Positions 51,111 through 64,000 of a DNA stretch of 64,000 bases are shown here, one piece after another. The position numbers and the translations under genes are program-made. Where the stretch lies: the NCBI GenBank assembly GCA_017499595.2, contig CM039010.1, positions 744,001 to 808,000 of the forward strand. The letters are read 5' to 3'. Under the pieces are notes generated by a model. The model had not been told where the DNA came from, made no database searches, and was given only the letters and a program-made list of their open reading frames with translations. The stretch's first letter is position 1. Every line of letters begins with the position of its first letter. This DNA is from Psilocybe cubensis (taxonomy: Eukaryota).

Positions 51111-53103
51111 GGCAGGGCACAAACTGCGTATCCAGTTATGTCGTGCGAGGTGCCAATGAGGGACTGAAAAGAGTCAGAAATATATACAAATCATGGGGAG
51201 TTACGAAAAACTCACTCGCGTCGCCGACGGAAAGAAAGCTGAAAGTATGTGTCGTGTAATAATCAAGAAATAGAGTGCCCTTACGGCAAAGCGACGTGAT
51301 AAACTTTCGTATTAGTAGGAGAAGGCACCGGGTGTGGTAGAAGGACGAGAACAACTCATTGGTTAGTGTGAATCAAGTTGAAAAAATGTAAAACTCGGCT
51401 CACAATGATATACAGGACCTGGAGCACCCAGGAGTGCACCTACCACCAACGTGAAGGCTCCCAGTTGGTTTGCGTTAAGCGAGACGTGCCTCACACCGTG
51501 AGAATAGCTTATTTGATGGGATGTGAGCACGTGGTCGTTCAACCTCACGTGTTCCCATTTTTCATGATTGTTGTCGACTTGCTCTCCAAATTCAACCAGC
51601 TTTTTCCCCCACCACCGCCGACCGCGATTGGTCTCTTAAACCTCCAAAGAGTGTATATCTGAGCCTACGAAGCTCTATAGAGCTCATATTTGTGACCTAT
51701 CTCGATCCCCAAACTTCGCTTGTGGAAGGGTACCTACTTCTTCTACTTATTGTGATTTCCATTGTTTTACTATCTCCGTTCAAGTTTTGACCTGGAGTGA
51801 TCTGAACGGCGGCTAACTTTGCCTCCTCGCTGGGTATTGGCGCCATGGACAATCAATTTCAATTGTATCGTTTCCCTTCCCATTTACCAGGCGTCATTTA
51901 GTGCTTAGTTTCTCCACTCTTGCCGACGAGAAAAGATGATATATATCTGTGAACTATATCCAGTCTGAATTGACGGTGAATACTGGCATAGGAAAGTCTT
52001 GTAGTCTTGAAGTTTTGATATGTCTGGAACATTGGCATTGGTCTTTAAATATTAAAACTTAACATTGACCGTTGACCGTTAACGTGGGATTCAGGACTGA
52101 CAGGACAGGCGTTCAGATAATACATATATTTATGCCAAATCGGACAGAGAATCGTTCATTTAACCTGGAGCTGGAGACGTGGGTTTTCCAATATGGATAT
52201 GGGAAATGGGGATGCAACCACGCTTTTCACGGCGTGCGTGGGTATGCTGAGAAAGTTTATTTCACTTTTTATAAAATGCTTCCTGCCTTCTTTTCTTTCT
52301 CCAAGTTAACTTAGATTGGGAGAGTGTTCGAACTTCGGACGAGAGGTTGTTGTCTGTCTGAACATATATGTATATTCAACGACAGAGGGGGGAAGTAGCA
52401 ATGTAGCATTGGGTATACCAAATAGAACTAGACCTAGAATGTACAACGCGATTGCGAACACAAACGCAGCGGGAGCGAAATGAAAAAACGAAAAGGAACA
52501 AAGAGAAATAGAGATCGCAAAGGAGCAAAAGCCAAAGAATCACAATCAAGGGTAGGTTGTGATCTGGAGAGGAAAGAATGATATGGTGTGGTGAGTTCAG
52601 GCGGTGTGATGTGGTGCTATAGGGAAGTGAGGAGGGCGACGGGATGGTAGGTAAGGATAAGGAAACAGAAACGAATACGAATATGGATAACGATACGTAT
52701 AAAGATACGGATACGGGTGCGGGATATGAGATACGGATAAGGTGAAGTCGGCGTGTCCGGAAACGATGTGAATTCTTTTTGAAAAGTGGAATGTAACCAT
52801 CATGATCATGCATGGTACACGATACACGACAAGCGGACGCCGGATACTCGAGGGCGGAAGACGAGGCACATCATGATGTAACACGACACGACACGGCACG
52901 AATACGATAAGTTACGAAGGGGTTATTTGGCGAATAGATACCGGGACCGAGACCGAGAAAATGAATGTGAGGGAGCTTGAATCACAGGACCGACCGATAA
53001 GACGCGAACACACCGAACGCGCTACAACTCTAACGTCAACACCGCAACGCCGTCACCACCGACAACTCTAATTTCACGTCCATATTCAAGTTCAAGTTCG
53101 AGC

Positions 53104-53786
53104 TCATAGGGCAAGGAGCGCGGTGAGACCTGCAGCGAACAGGCCGAACAGGGTGTTGGCGTTTGCGCCGTGCGAGGAGAGCGCGGCGGAGCTGGGCGAG
53201 GAGTTTGCGCCGGATGCGCTGGTCGACGCCGACGAGGAGGAAGATGAGGAGGAGGAAGAACTGCCGGACGTGGACGACGAAGAAGGCGCGGTGCTCGTCT
53301 CGGACGCAAACGTCGAAGTCAGCGTAACACCCTGCAATCAACACCAAAACCAGCATCATCAGCATTCAAGAACAAGAAAAACAAGCAAAGCGGGTAGCAC
53401 GCACAACTTTAAGGCACAAGCTCCGCGAGAACGCTAGCGCATCATCGAGGTCCTGGCCGGAGCACGCATTTTGTATGCACGTCGTCGTGCTGCTCACAAA
53501 TGCCTTGTTCGTGCAGAGGCAGTGGGTATCTGTCACGGTGACGCAGTCGCCCAGGTCGGGGTTCGCGACGCATGGCAGGGCGCAGGCTACGTAGTGGTGC
53601 ACGGAATAGATTGGTCGGTGCAGAGGCGGTGGTGGGAGTGGAGGTAGACGTTAGACACAGAGCGCACGGGAAAGGACAGAAAGAATACGCACTTGGATAG
53701 TTGCTCTGCCGCGCAAGGAGGTTGGCGTGGACGCCCGTCGTGGACGCTGCAACAGCAACAGTGGCCACGAGAGTGGAGAAACGCAT
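53104..53786 (-). CDS. Secreted/GPI-anchored CFEM-domain protein
   Basis: Signal peptide MRFSTLVATVAVAA, then the 8-Cys CFEM pattern CALPCV..GDC..TDTHCLCTNKAFV...TCIQNACSGQD....SLC, a Ser/Thr-rich stalk and a hydrophobic C-terminus (LFGLFAAGLTALLAL). Two introns. Confidence 0.9.
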
Positions 53787-54995
53787 GATATCAACAGCGA
53801 GGAATAGCAGCGAAGCGTTTGACGAAGGCGATGGGAAAAAGGATAAAAGCAACGCAAAAAATATTCAACACGCTGCTCGCACTTTATATGACCGACCTCG
53901 GGGGTGCTCACGATAGGACGCGATGGGTGGGACTGAGATATAAACAGATTTATATAAACCCAGGGTGTGTGTGGGTGTACCCTTATAGCATCCATACGGT
54001 ACCTGATCAGAAGTCCCGTCTTGGTTCTTGATGATGGGAAAGATTGCGATTTCACCGATGGCCAACACACCCATACAGTCCACACCACACTCCAGCCAAA
54101 CGGTGCCGAGTTCTGGTCAGAAAAATCCTTGTTTGATGGCGGAGTGACAGTGCTCTCACGCAAACGAGGAGTAAGATGCAAAGTTGGGAGACCTCTCTTA
54201 CAGGCAGAATGACCATGGCCAAGAACGTCCAGAACCATAGCAGACCCAGCATAGAAGCCTCATGCCGCGTCGCTCGCGGAGGAGCGTGCTCCATATGGTA
54301 TCAGCATTGTGCTGTTGAACTCGTGAAAGGCGTCTCTGGGGAAAGGGGAACAGGGAACGGAGGCGTAGAAACAGTGATACGCCAAGGGTTTCAACCTTGT
54401 AAAAAAGTGAAGGGGAGGATTGGGGTGTATGTAATTTCCAGGTCTGTTCGACAGAAAAGATCAACGGTGATCATGATGCAATTTAGAGGAGTTGGGAAAT
54501 GATTGAGAAATGCGATGCGTATCAGTGGATATCATTGGTGGCGTTTATTGGATCGCTGACGGCTGAAGGGAAAATCAACATGTGTATCTCATAGAAGCTT
54601 AGAGCAATGTCAAGCGTTATCTGCACATACCGAAGGTAAAACGTTGTTGGCTTGCACGGAAATTCGAATAGGTTCTAAGTTCAAGGTGAACGCTGGACGT
54701 TGCTGGACGACGCAAGAAGTTCGGGCGATGTGAAAATTCCCGGCGGTTCGGCTATGGTTTCGATGAAGCCGGAGTTATGTAATTCGCACCCCTAAACGCT
54801 CTTGTAGGCGCCGTAACCTCTACCATTGCGAAAACGATTGCAAATATAGTCAAAATAGAACATTGTTAAGTATGCCACTGAAACGAAGTAGGTAGTGAGG
54901 TAGGGGGTATATGCAAAGGAAAACAAGCCGACCAACATGATGTGGGTATCCCGAAAGCAACGAAAACATTACGATCCTTACTAAAAGTACGATTT

Positions 54996-56771
54996 CTACA
55001 AACAATCCGAGTCTTCGGTGTCCAAATCAGCTCTGTGACACTCGTCCTTAAATGGTGCGTAGTATGCCTGCCGTAGGTTGAGGATGAGTCGTGGTCCAGC
55101 AATTCCAGGCCAGAATACGCAGATGAGGTAAACAATTTGAAAGATCGGGCCGAACTAGCAATGGAAGAGCGCCTTAAGTCTTCCGCAGAGTACTTGAAAT
55201 GTAAATCGTACTTACGGGCGCGCGTAGCAGGAGAACGAGGCACGCGAATAGTATCACCAGAGTTCTAGCAAAATAAAATGAGAAATTAATGGTTGAGACA
55301 AGAGAAAAGACGTACACGAACGGGATCATGATACTGTCCCGAAATAGAATACTAGCGAGTGAGCGACGACCCCGGAATGACCACGATATCCTCCTCTGTG
55401 CTTGGTAAAAGTGAAATCCTCGCGAAATGGTCAAGCACAGTAGAGTTAGTTCAAGTGCAATTATTGGGATGGTTTCGGCGTAAAGATAATTATACCCCGG
55501 GGATGTGATGCATATGTGAATACCAGGGATGGGATCCGGCACATCTGAAAAAAGTCTTATTAGTTTCCTTAAGAGCGAGCATGTAGACTTACTTACTATT
55601 GGCTGACACGTCATATATTATCTTTACCACGAAGAGTATGATCATTTCAAGAACACAACTAGTTGCCAGAAAAACGACAATTTTCCGACTATGATGATAC
55701 ATGCACAATATGCGGCATACCATGATACCTTCAAACAAAACATTAGCGCAGGAACCAAACCAAAAGAAATGTCTTAAAAATACCGTGCATGGAAACGAAA
55801 GGAATGACTGCAATGTATGTTTCCGCATCAAAAAAGAGTTCCGATTTACCGCCTGTTGAACGGGGATGATTCGTTCAATGGTCAAACAGATGTACAAACT
55901 CGGCCTTACAGCTGCGCAAAATGGAATGTACATGTTAGGTCAAAATTGCTAAAGAAGCGTAGTTTTTGTTCTTGGCAGAACAAAGCTCACCTCTGTCCGC
56001 CGGAGGGAAGTGAATGAACAACTGAATAAGTACATCAAAGTAGACATAAAATATTGAAAAGTTTGTACCTTTACTGAGTATAATGAATGTCCCGAAATAG
56101 CTTTGTGCGACGTTAATAATGAGACACTTCTTTTGAGGAACAGTCTTTTGCTGCATACCAAATGCGTAGAAGCAATATCTTATAACAAGAGCGGCTCTTT
56201 CAGTCGATGATAGCAGAGAAGGCTGTCTGTCTCTCACATTTGATTACAAAGGCCCATATAACGAGTCTAGTGGGAGATGCCGTACGTCAGCCAATTGAAA
56301 CCAAACCTTACAGAGCGATTGCTTACAATCACAAAAAGAACTTTAGGGATATTCCAACCGGCTTTGCGTCTCTAAAGTCCGCATCATATCAGCGCTGCAT
56401 AGCACCTGAGAGACAGCTTGAAAACTTACCCAAATTAGGTCTACCTATTGATGAGACGTCCAGAATTTTAATATCACAAGTGCCCGCCTAGTCAAGCGCT
56501 TTTTCACGCGGCCAATGGAGTTGAAAAACGAACCTCGTCCGAAAATGTGGCAACTGGTGTAGAAAAAACAGTTTATGATAAACTTAACTCCAGCGCACAA
56601 CTTCGAGGACAGAAGAGACGTACTTTGTTCATAAAGATGACAGGTTAAGGTTGCCGCTGAATGTGTCACCTGGCGCTCAGAGCTGACCTTGGCATACGAG
56701 ACTACTGACGTACCTGCCACATACCCGTGCGCCTGGCTTCGCAACAGCAACGTCGTCGTCTTGCTATCCAT
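54996..56771 (-). CDS. DUF6533-type multi-pass (GPCR-like) membrane protein, many small exons
   Basis: MDSKTTTLLLRSQAHGYVA start, hydrophobic exons, GIMVCRILCMY, PIIALELTLLCLT, LASILFRDSIMIPF and the family-typical final exon GPRLILNLRQAY...CL*. Exon boundaries are not all resolved. Confidence 0.65.
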
Positions 56772-58048
56772 CTTCCAAGGTTGTAGTCACGAGGGATGGA
56801 AGGAGAAGAGTCAACCCGCAGGCGCTGCTGAAGGCATCAACAGGCGCGTCGTACGAGTGGGGGATACCGACGGCACCATTTCGTTTGTGGTATCCTATTA
56901 ATATAGGAGTCGGCAATCTGGTGCTCAACCCTGGAGGATAACGTGAAGGCGAGGTTTGCGACTAGCCGACGGTGATGTGCTTTTACGTAGAATCGAAGAA
57001 CGGCGTCCGTGTATGCACGCTAAATTGAACAGGCCGAATTGCAAAAAAAAAATGTATCGAGCTGTTTAGGAGTGGGAACGCGATTAGGGTGCCAATGTAC
57101 GGGAGCCGACTGAGAGGGCTCACAAAGCTTTCGGAGAGTTCAACAGACGTTGAGTACATTTCGCCGACGAAAGTGGGCCTAAATCACGCATATAGGCTGT
57201 CGCATGATCGCAAAATTCTTCTAGGAGAAAAAACTGATACGGTATAGAATTTAACAGGTTGAATGGAAGAATAACGTACTCTGGGATTGCATTATCGCAA
57301 CGCAGTGGATAAGACTCATATAAGCGCTCCATTATGAAAGAATATAACGCATATATGTGCGTCAGAGACATGAAACACTCTGGTACCATAGCAAGTTCAT
57401 GATTCGCGGTTGTTGCGGGGCAAAACTCTGAGCTGAAGAAATCAATCCATATATTTGTCACTTATACTAATAGTTATACAAGCCACTTACCCAGTAAAAC
57501 CACGCGCTATACTAGCTCGATGGGTGATGGCAAAGATAATACTTGATTTTGGAATATAAACCAAAAAGGACCAGCCGAAACTACCAATAAGTACTACTCA
57601 AGTACTACAGTTACAAGTTGAAGCGAGGTCAAGGCAGTCGGTGGTGGCTGGCTGGCTGATCGTGAGAATTTTGCGCTATGTCTAGACTCGATTACTAATC
57701 AATATAATCTCTGTTAAAAATTTGACACCGCACCGATGTCTCCTGAGTCCGTTGCCCGTGGGGTTTCCTCATTACGAACCAATTACGAACATAGCACAGC
57801 TTCCAATGTACCTTACCTTGGAGTGGGATACTCTACCTGTCATGACTATTCCGACATGTTCGACGAACATTGACGCGTCCGCTTGAAACCGAATCGAGGT
57901 CGAAAACTATTCGCCGCTGGAGAGTCCTGGACCTTGGATTGACACTGTCAACGGTTTTACAGTACGCATACAGCAGTCAATGTCATTTTATGCCCTTAAT
58001 ATGCTTAAAACGGTTCAGCCACACTCGCAGCTGGTCCCATACAATAAA

Positions 58049-60293
58049 ATGGCTCACAGCGCTTGAAGAATGGTTTTCAAGGAACACCCATCCATTATCC
58101 TACTCTGTACAACCCCATGGATTCTTATTTACATCCAAGTGTATCTCCTACTGCCAAGGAGACGACCTTGAATGGTCCGGAGCATCGTTCCAGCGCATAC
58201 GAGATGCAATTCCAGCATCAAACGCGTCCTTCTCGCAAAGGAGTGTCCCTCAGAACCTGTATGGCGGCGTCATTCATCATCGCCAGCATCTTCGGCATGA
58301 CCGCAATACTGTTATCTTATCTGTGCGCTTTACACCAGTGCCAAATTTCGCGTCGATCCGTCATTAGTACAGCACCCCTCGGCAAGGTGCTGACTATAAC
58401 ACAGGTAACGTCTCAAATAGCTCCGGTGTCCACTCCAATCATCATGGGGCTATTGTCGTACCTTCTGTCTGTAAAATGGCTACGCTCCAGCGGGCAAAAT
58501 GGTGGGCGCAATAGACCCACTCCAATGCAGTAAGTCTGCACTTGATTTTGCAATCTAACCCGGCGACTGGACTTATGACTACTTTCAGGCTAGGTCTTTT
58601 AATGTCTATCTGTAGTGGTGCCAACATTGGATCTTTATTCTCTTCTATGAAATATCTAGTAATCAAACCTGCGATGAAGAATTCCGTTGATCGCGTTGCA
58701 CCTGCACCTATTCTTCGACAGTCAATCTTCGCTCTAGGTTCGCTCTTGGTCATTTCATACGTCGCTTCTGGGGCCGATGCTTGGCTTCATGCCAGCAGCA
58801 CAAGTGTGCTTATCACATCAATGTCTCCATATACTTCATCGACACCTTCTAACTTCGGTCGTGAGATCAACGCAACAATGTGCCAAATAGCTACCGCCCG
58901 CAATGATTCTACATGTGGAATAATCGGCACCGGGAGCGCTGGCACTGGAATTACTCTTTCTGAGGGGCTCAGAGTCATCTCTAATACCTCGAGCCTCCAC
59001 CGAGTTGTTTTCACTGATGACCAGACTGCCATATTAGTGCCTCAAACTTTGCCCCCGAACATCACATATACCTCACGGACTCTGGGGGTTAAATCTCAAT
59101 GTACTTCGTACGTTTCCTTTGATCGATTAATTGTAAGATTCAAGATCTCATCAGTTTGGGATCTAAGGATTACGAAGTACTGTATATTCAAAGACGGGGT
59201 ATTGGGATACGGTCCTCAGGCAAAGTTGAACCTAAACTGCGCGGATGCTGGAATCAAGTATGTAAACTCAACGGGGGTTTCTGGCTTGTGTCCGATAGAT
59301 AATCAAGGGTTATGCACCTCTGCTACCGGAATTCCATCCAAGTATGTTTATCCGAAACCCGTTTCTTTGGTCGTGGGACTCATATAGCTTTATTTTTACA
59401 AGTCCTTTTACGACGGGTGAAGTGGCCATTTCATTTGCGTATATAAATTTCGATCAACCAACGGATATATGTAGGTATTGCGTTCTATATTTCTTCGTGC
59501 GATATACTGATCAGAAATAGTTGTTGGAAATACGTTTGTGCAGACATGCATCCAGCAATCTACCATTCTCTGACGTCTTCCCTATGATTTAGGGGCTGGT
59601 TTGCGCACGGCAATAACGGAGCATGGAACGTCATATTTTGTAATGTTACTGCGTTGGATATCACCTATACATATACGTCGACCCGCTTTCTGCAACAAAG
59701 TACCAGCCCTATTTCTGTATCGGACACACGGTACATGATGATCGCCGGGTTTTATAACGGTGAAACCCTCATATCAACAGCCGTCAACGGAGCGGGCTTG
59801 GAAGCTAGTACGACTTATGAGCAAGCGTACTCTAACGAACTCTCGCGGCAGATGCTGGCTCGAGGAGCAATCATATACCAACCCAAAGACGTTATCAGGA
59901 TTGAATCTGAAAATACAGCAGTCGGTTCGAATTTACAAGTGATACCTCTCGCACTCTTCATCGCTGCTTTACTCTTGTTCTCGTACGTACATTGGCTGTA
60001 ACATGTGTCGTAAAGTCACTGAAGACCCTTTTATCATTTAAAGCTGCCAAACCTTGTGGATTACGGTGAGAGTTATCATCGCTACGTGGAATATGGATTA
60101 TGTAGAACTGGCGGCATTGTATATTCAAAATCCTTTGGTGGTAGTGCAAAGCCTGTATGGACGACCAGATCCCACTCTGACTTGGGATACGGATGTGGCG
60201 AAGAGGTTTGGAACCGAGACAGATAGGGATCGCTTGAACATAGGGCCGGCGTATAACGAATTTGGTTCAGTTTTCATTGTGTCAAGAAACTAA
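58049..60293 (+). CDS. Uncharacterised multi-pass membrane protein M2, paralogue of M1. The start codon is uncertain (58049 with a 1-nt frameshift, or 58117).
   Basis: STAPLGKVLTITQVTSQ..RPTPMQ | LLMSICSGAN..ADAWLHASS..FGREINATMC..DDQTAILVP..TLGVKSQC | YGPQAKLNLNC | GWFAHGNNGAWNVIFCN..LQVIPLALF. The exon structure matches M1. Confidence 0.8.
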
Positions 60294-60826
60294 ATCGCCA
60301 GAAACTATAGTGTTAGTGTACATATATCCGATGAAGCTTGAAGCTTGAAGCTTGACGCTGGGTTGTTTACACCGCACATTTTCTCTGGGTGTTGCTCAAG
60401 TGTTGCTTTGTTAAGTTGGCTTGTTCACATGCTGGTAACGAGATGATAGTATATTTGTATCTGAGATACGAGAGCTTGAAAAACTACTAAAGACAATAAT
60501 GTGGATATAGATGCAGAAAAAAATGTGTTAGATATGTACACAGTAAAAAGCCGGGAAGGAAAGACCGAGTGAAGAAAACAAGTTGCAAATAAGTGGCTTA
60601 ATGTCTACTGCGATATCTACCTCGAAATCCAAGTCGAGAGGAAAGTCGTTGAATTAAATTTCAGAGACCATTGCGAGATCTCTTATTACCTTTATTGGAT
60701 CCTCCTGCACCACGGTTGGGATTTTCTTCAGATCCTCGTTTAGTCTTAACTTTAGAGGGGCGAAACAAATACTCCCTGGGAGGAATTGTCGCATGTGTCG
60801 AGGGCTGCGGAGCCGGGTTTCTGGAG

Positions 60827-63313
60827 CTACATAGCTGGAGCTTCAATTTGAGTGGATGGAGAAGGTTCTGGTAAATGGAGCACATATTGACGCCAGGTCT
60901 TAGGCTCCGAAATCTGAACGGATTCAAGGAAAAGACCAAAGTCAATATGAGCTTGCGCGTATGAGGCGTGATCGTATATTTGTTCCCTCCGCTCGCGGTT
61001 GACATAAGACGACAGTAAAACTGTTTGGTTTCGTTGGAGACGTTGGACCAGATCTTTAAGATGATTCGGCGTGAAGCGCATAATTTGGCGTTCGATGGAC
61101 CCATAAAAGGAGAAGGCGCTCTCTCGATCATCCGCCAACTCAAGGGAGTTTTGAAAGACGCCGGATATCCACCGCTCGGCTTCTTCTTTGTCGAGAATAC
61201 GACCATCCCAGTATTCGTCGGATTGAATAAAGACGCGAGAAACTATGAGATAAAGGATGAGCCACCACACCGACTCTAAATCGTGTTGGTAGTTATGAAT
61301 GACGAAGCGATGTTCTGCAGCAAGGCGGCCACTGTCAACGACGGTGCTAACAACCTCGTAATGACCTTGTAATTGGAGAAAGTCAAGTCCTTGATTAAAA
61401 AGGTATCTCTTACGAAGAATTTCAACAGGCATAAAATACGGTGTTCCCTGGTAGCAAGATATCAGATTTGCAAAACCGAATCTTAGTATTGGTTAAACGC
61501 TTACAGTCTTCGGATCAGCAGCAGCCTCGTCAGGACGCTGGAACGGCGTCGCATATTCAAGGTCGATGAGCTTTGCCTGCCAAATCTTTAAAGGTTGCGA
61601 ATCAGATCCTTCTGTTTTGCAGGCTAGGATATTGCCGTCGCTGATATCTCGGTGAACCCAACCAGCACAGTACATTAGTTGCAGCGCTGTAGTCAAAAGA
61701 CAGTAAAATAAGTACTGTTCTGTAGACCGTGGCAATTGATAGATACTGACCGATATGAATGTCCTGAATTACATCCATCGCATCTCCAAGCGTTGGCAAT
61801 GATCCTATGGGAAGACAAATCTCCTTAAATACAACCCGATACTGCTTCTTGGGCACATAATGTCGCTCTATATTGGGCTTATTGTATGTATGAATTGCGC
61901 GAATCTGCCCCGTATCATGCCTAGAATTTGTTCCTGACGATTGGTAAAACGTCCTTATAGGGTCAAACAGACCCCATATGCGGCGGGACCCTGGGGCGAT
62001 TACTTTTGACTGTCTACCGTCATAATCATCTTCGATAGTGAGGAAAAGTCGTTGATAGTCTCGAGATCGAATAAGTTCCCTTCGCATCTCCCAGATCATT
62101 TTGAGGTCAGGATGTTCAGGTGGTTTGTCGTCGCCAAATTTATTGATCGCTTCGAACATCGCCTCTTGAATTTGTCGTTCCGTTTGAGCAGTATGGTCAA
62201 TCCAGACATCCTTCAGAACCTGCAAGTCACCCGGAATTACATTTCCAGTAGTTGGATTGTACCGTTCAACGGTCCATACTCGAGGCATTCGGCCCGTAAT
62301 ATTGTTGGAGCGATAGCCGGAGAGCATCTTCACAGTGCGATAGAATCGAGAATTATCTGCAGCGTTAGAGTTTGGGTTGGAATGGCAGATCTGGAAGATG
62401 TATTGGCCATCGCCTTGGCGTTCCACCATTGGATCATATCCCAGCTGCTCTTCAGTTGCGAAGAGGAAAAACATAAAGATTTTAACAAGTTTTTCAGGCT
62501 CCTGTGGAGTTTTTCGTTCATCGTTCAGCTTTTGGTAGGAAAAAGTATGAATATATACCTCGACGAAGCTGAATGATTGAGAAACCGCGGAATGGGATCG
62601 ACAATGATACCAGAGAACTACCTGGTCTGCGTCAAAAGTCATCTACATTCGAATGAGAACAGATAATGCATGAAAATATATTGAGACGTACTCCAAATGT
62701 AAACATGCGCCGGACATCGTCGTTCATGACCTGAACATTGGCGGAAAGCACCTTTTCCATATTCTACAGAGTTGTGGGAGTTAATACATTGTATTCAGTT
62801 AATAGTTTAGAGAAACAGACTTACATCGAGTCGTTGTTCATTGTTGACCTTGACCTTTTGTTCAATAGATACAGCTGTTCCCCAGGTACTCAAGAAATTA
62901 GCTTGATCGGATGTGAAACACGCGCCGACTTTGTGGTTCAATCCAAGTATGTCGAAGCTGATGGACGAGCATGGGACGTTTCGGTACTTGAACTTATTGC
63001 GTATGGGGGTCGGCCCTGCGAGGCCAGGCTGGTACTGGTAAGCATACTTGCCAATGTTGTTGGCAATATTGACCAGCGGTGCAAAAACTTCCATTTCGTT
63101 TTTCTTGCCTGGTACGGCCTTGTCAATAGTAGGGGTGTCGGGGAACTTTGAGAGTACAAGCTTAGATTTGTCCATGTAGGCGACGCCCGATGGAATCAGA
63201 TGCCTCTGTATGCATCTCATCACATTGTTTGTGTCGGGCACAAAAGCGAAATAATGCGACATAAAGTCGTCAATTCCGCAGGTGACAAATTCTCCATCCA
63301 TCTCGTAAGCCAT
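60827..63313 (-). CDS. FunK1 protein kinase, copy K5 (5' and middle K3-like, distinct C-lobe). The C-tail is frameshifted.
   Basis: TGRMPRVW, VLKDVW, HRDISDGN, IDLEYA, GTPYFMPVEI, HNYQHDLESVWW. Upstream exons from ATG 63588 are K3-like but appear out of frame. The basic tail is encoded in another frame (ORF 60661-61206). Confidence 0.85.
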
Positions 63314-63820
63314 GACAGTGCAATGCTGTGTAACTTTACTCGTTCCTCCTCCAGTTACGGTCTTGCGAGGTGTAATAGGCTAAGAAAGAGATAGACAAAT
63401 ATATGTATGAGTAATCACAAAAGACTCACTTGCGTTTCTGATCGGTAGGAGCAACTGAAGGTCTGCGCTGTGTCAGTAGAGCGATAATCCAAAAAAGTGC
63501 AGCACCCTTACGGCAAAGCGACATCAACAGTGGCATTAGTAGTAGAAGGTACCGGGTTGGGTGGGGTGGAAGGACGAGAAGAACTCATCAGTGAGTATGG
63601 GTAAGAACATAGAATTTGGGACTAAGCTCACATTATATACCTTTACAGAACCTGGGCACCGAAGAGGCACCTACAACGCGAAGGTCAAGTCGTGTTGGTT
63701 GGCGTTCACGGGACGGTGTTCAAAAGTTCCCACGATTCAAACCCACATGGGCAACCTCCTAATCTGGCCAACATGATTTTGTTGGCATTGACATGGACAC
63801 TTTGTGCAAACGCTTCAATA

Positions 63821-64000
63821 ATGCTTCTTGCTTTCAGCTTCCACCGTCCGTCTCAGACAGAGCCCTTAGTCCGTTCGTAGAATCCCAATCTGGTTCTCGA
63901 TTGCTGTGTGGTACGCCGTATCTATTTCTGATCATGACAGCTATGCATTGAGCTTGCAAGCACTTTTGGACGAGCGGACAACTTGACCTTGAAGGTGGGG
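63821..64000 (+). other. Candidate conserved structured-RNA/uORF motif, instance B
   Basis: TTCCACC-GTCCGTCTC-AGACAGAGCC...GAGCGGAC...GGTGGGG, overlapped by the short ORF MLLAFSFHRPSQTEPLVRS*. It runs to the window edge. Confidence 0.45.

Overview
Intron-rich fungal DNA, most likely an agaricomycete (mushroom-forming basidiomycete), judged from short GT-AG introns, FunK1 kinases, and CFEM and DUF6533-type genes. It has four zones. (1) 1-7.0 kb is a patchwork of intron-retaining host gene fragments (serine carboxypeptidase, PP2A catalytic subunit with a stop and a deletion, BCAS3-like WD40). It ends in subterminal repeats and a CAGTG terminus, which suggests a gene-capturing CACTA-like element. 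(2) 9-21.4 kb holds ordinary single-copy genes: CAP64-like, tRNA-Ala(TGC), NOP53, CSN1 and a Ki-67-like FHA protein. (3) An array of five FunK1 kinases (K1-K3 on +, K4-K5 on -) plus one relic runs from 21.5 to 63.8 kb. The copies are mosaics of one another, and two of them sit tail-to-tail with paralogous membrane-protein genes. (4) A microsatellite-saturated block (about 33-47.9 kb, with YTM1, a complex I NUUM-like micro-exon gene and PEX3) is bracketed by inverted kinase repeats. The window also contains a solo LTR with TSD, a CFEM gene, a DUF6533-type gene, and two dispersed copies of a possible conserved structured-RNA/uORF motif (TCAGACAGAGCC...GAGCGGAC...GGTGGGG). All calls were made by eye and no database searches were run.
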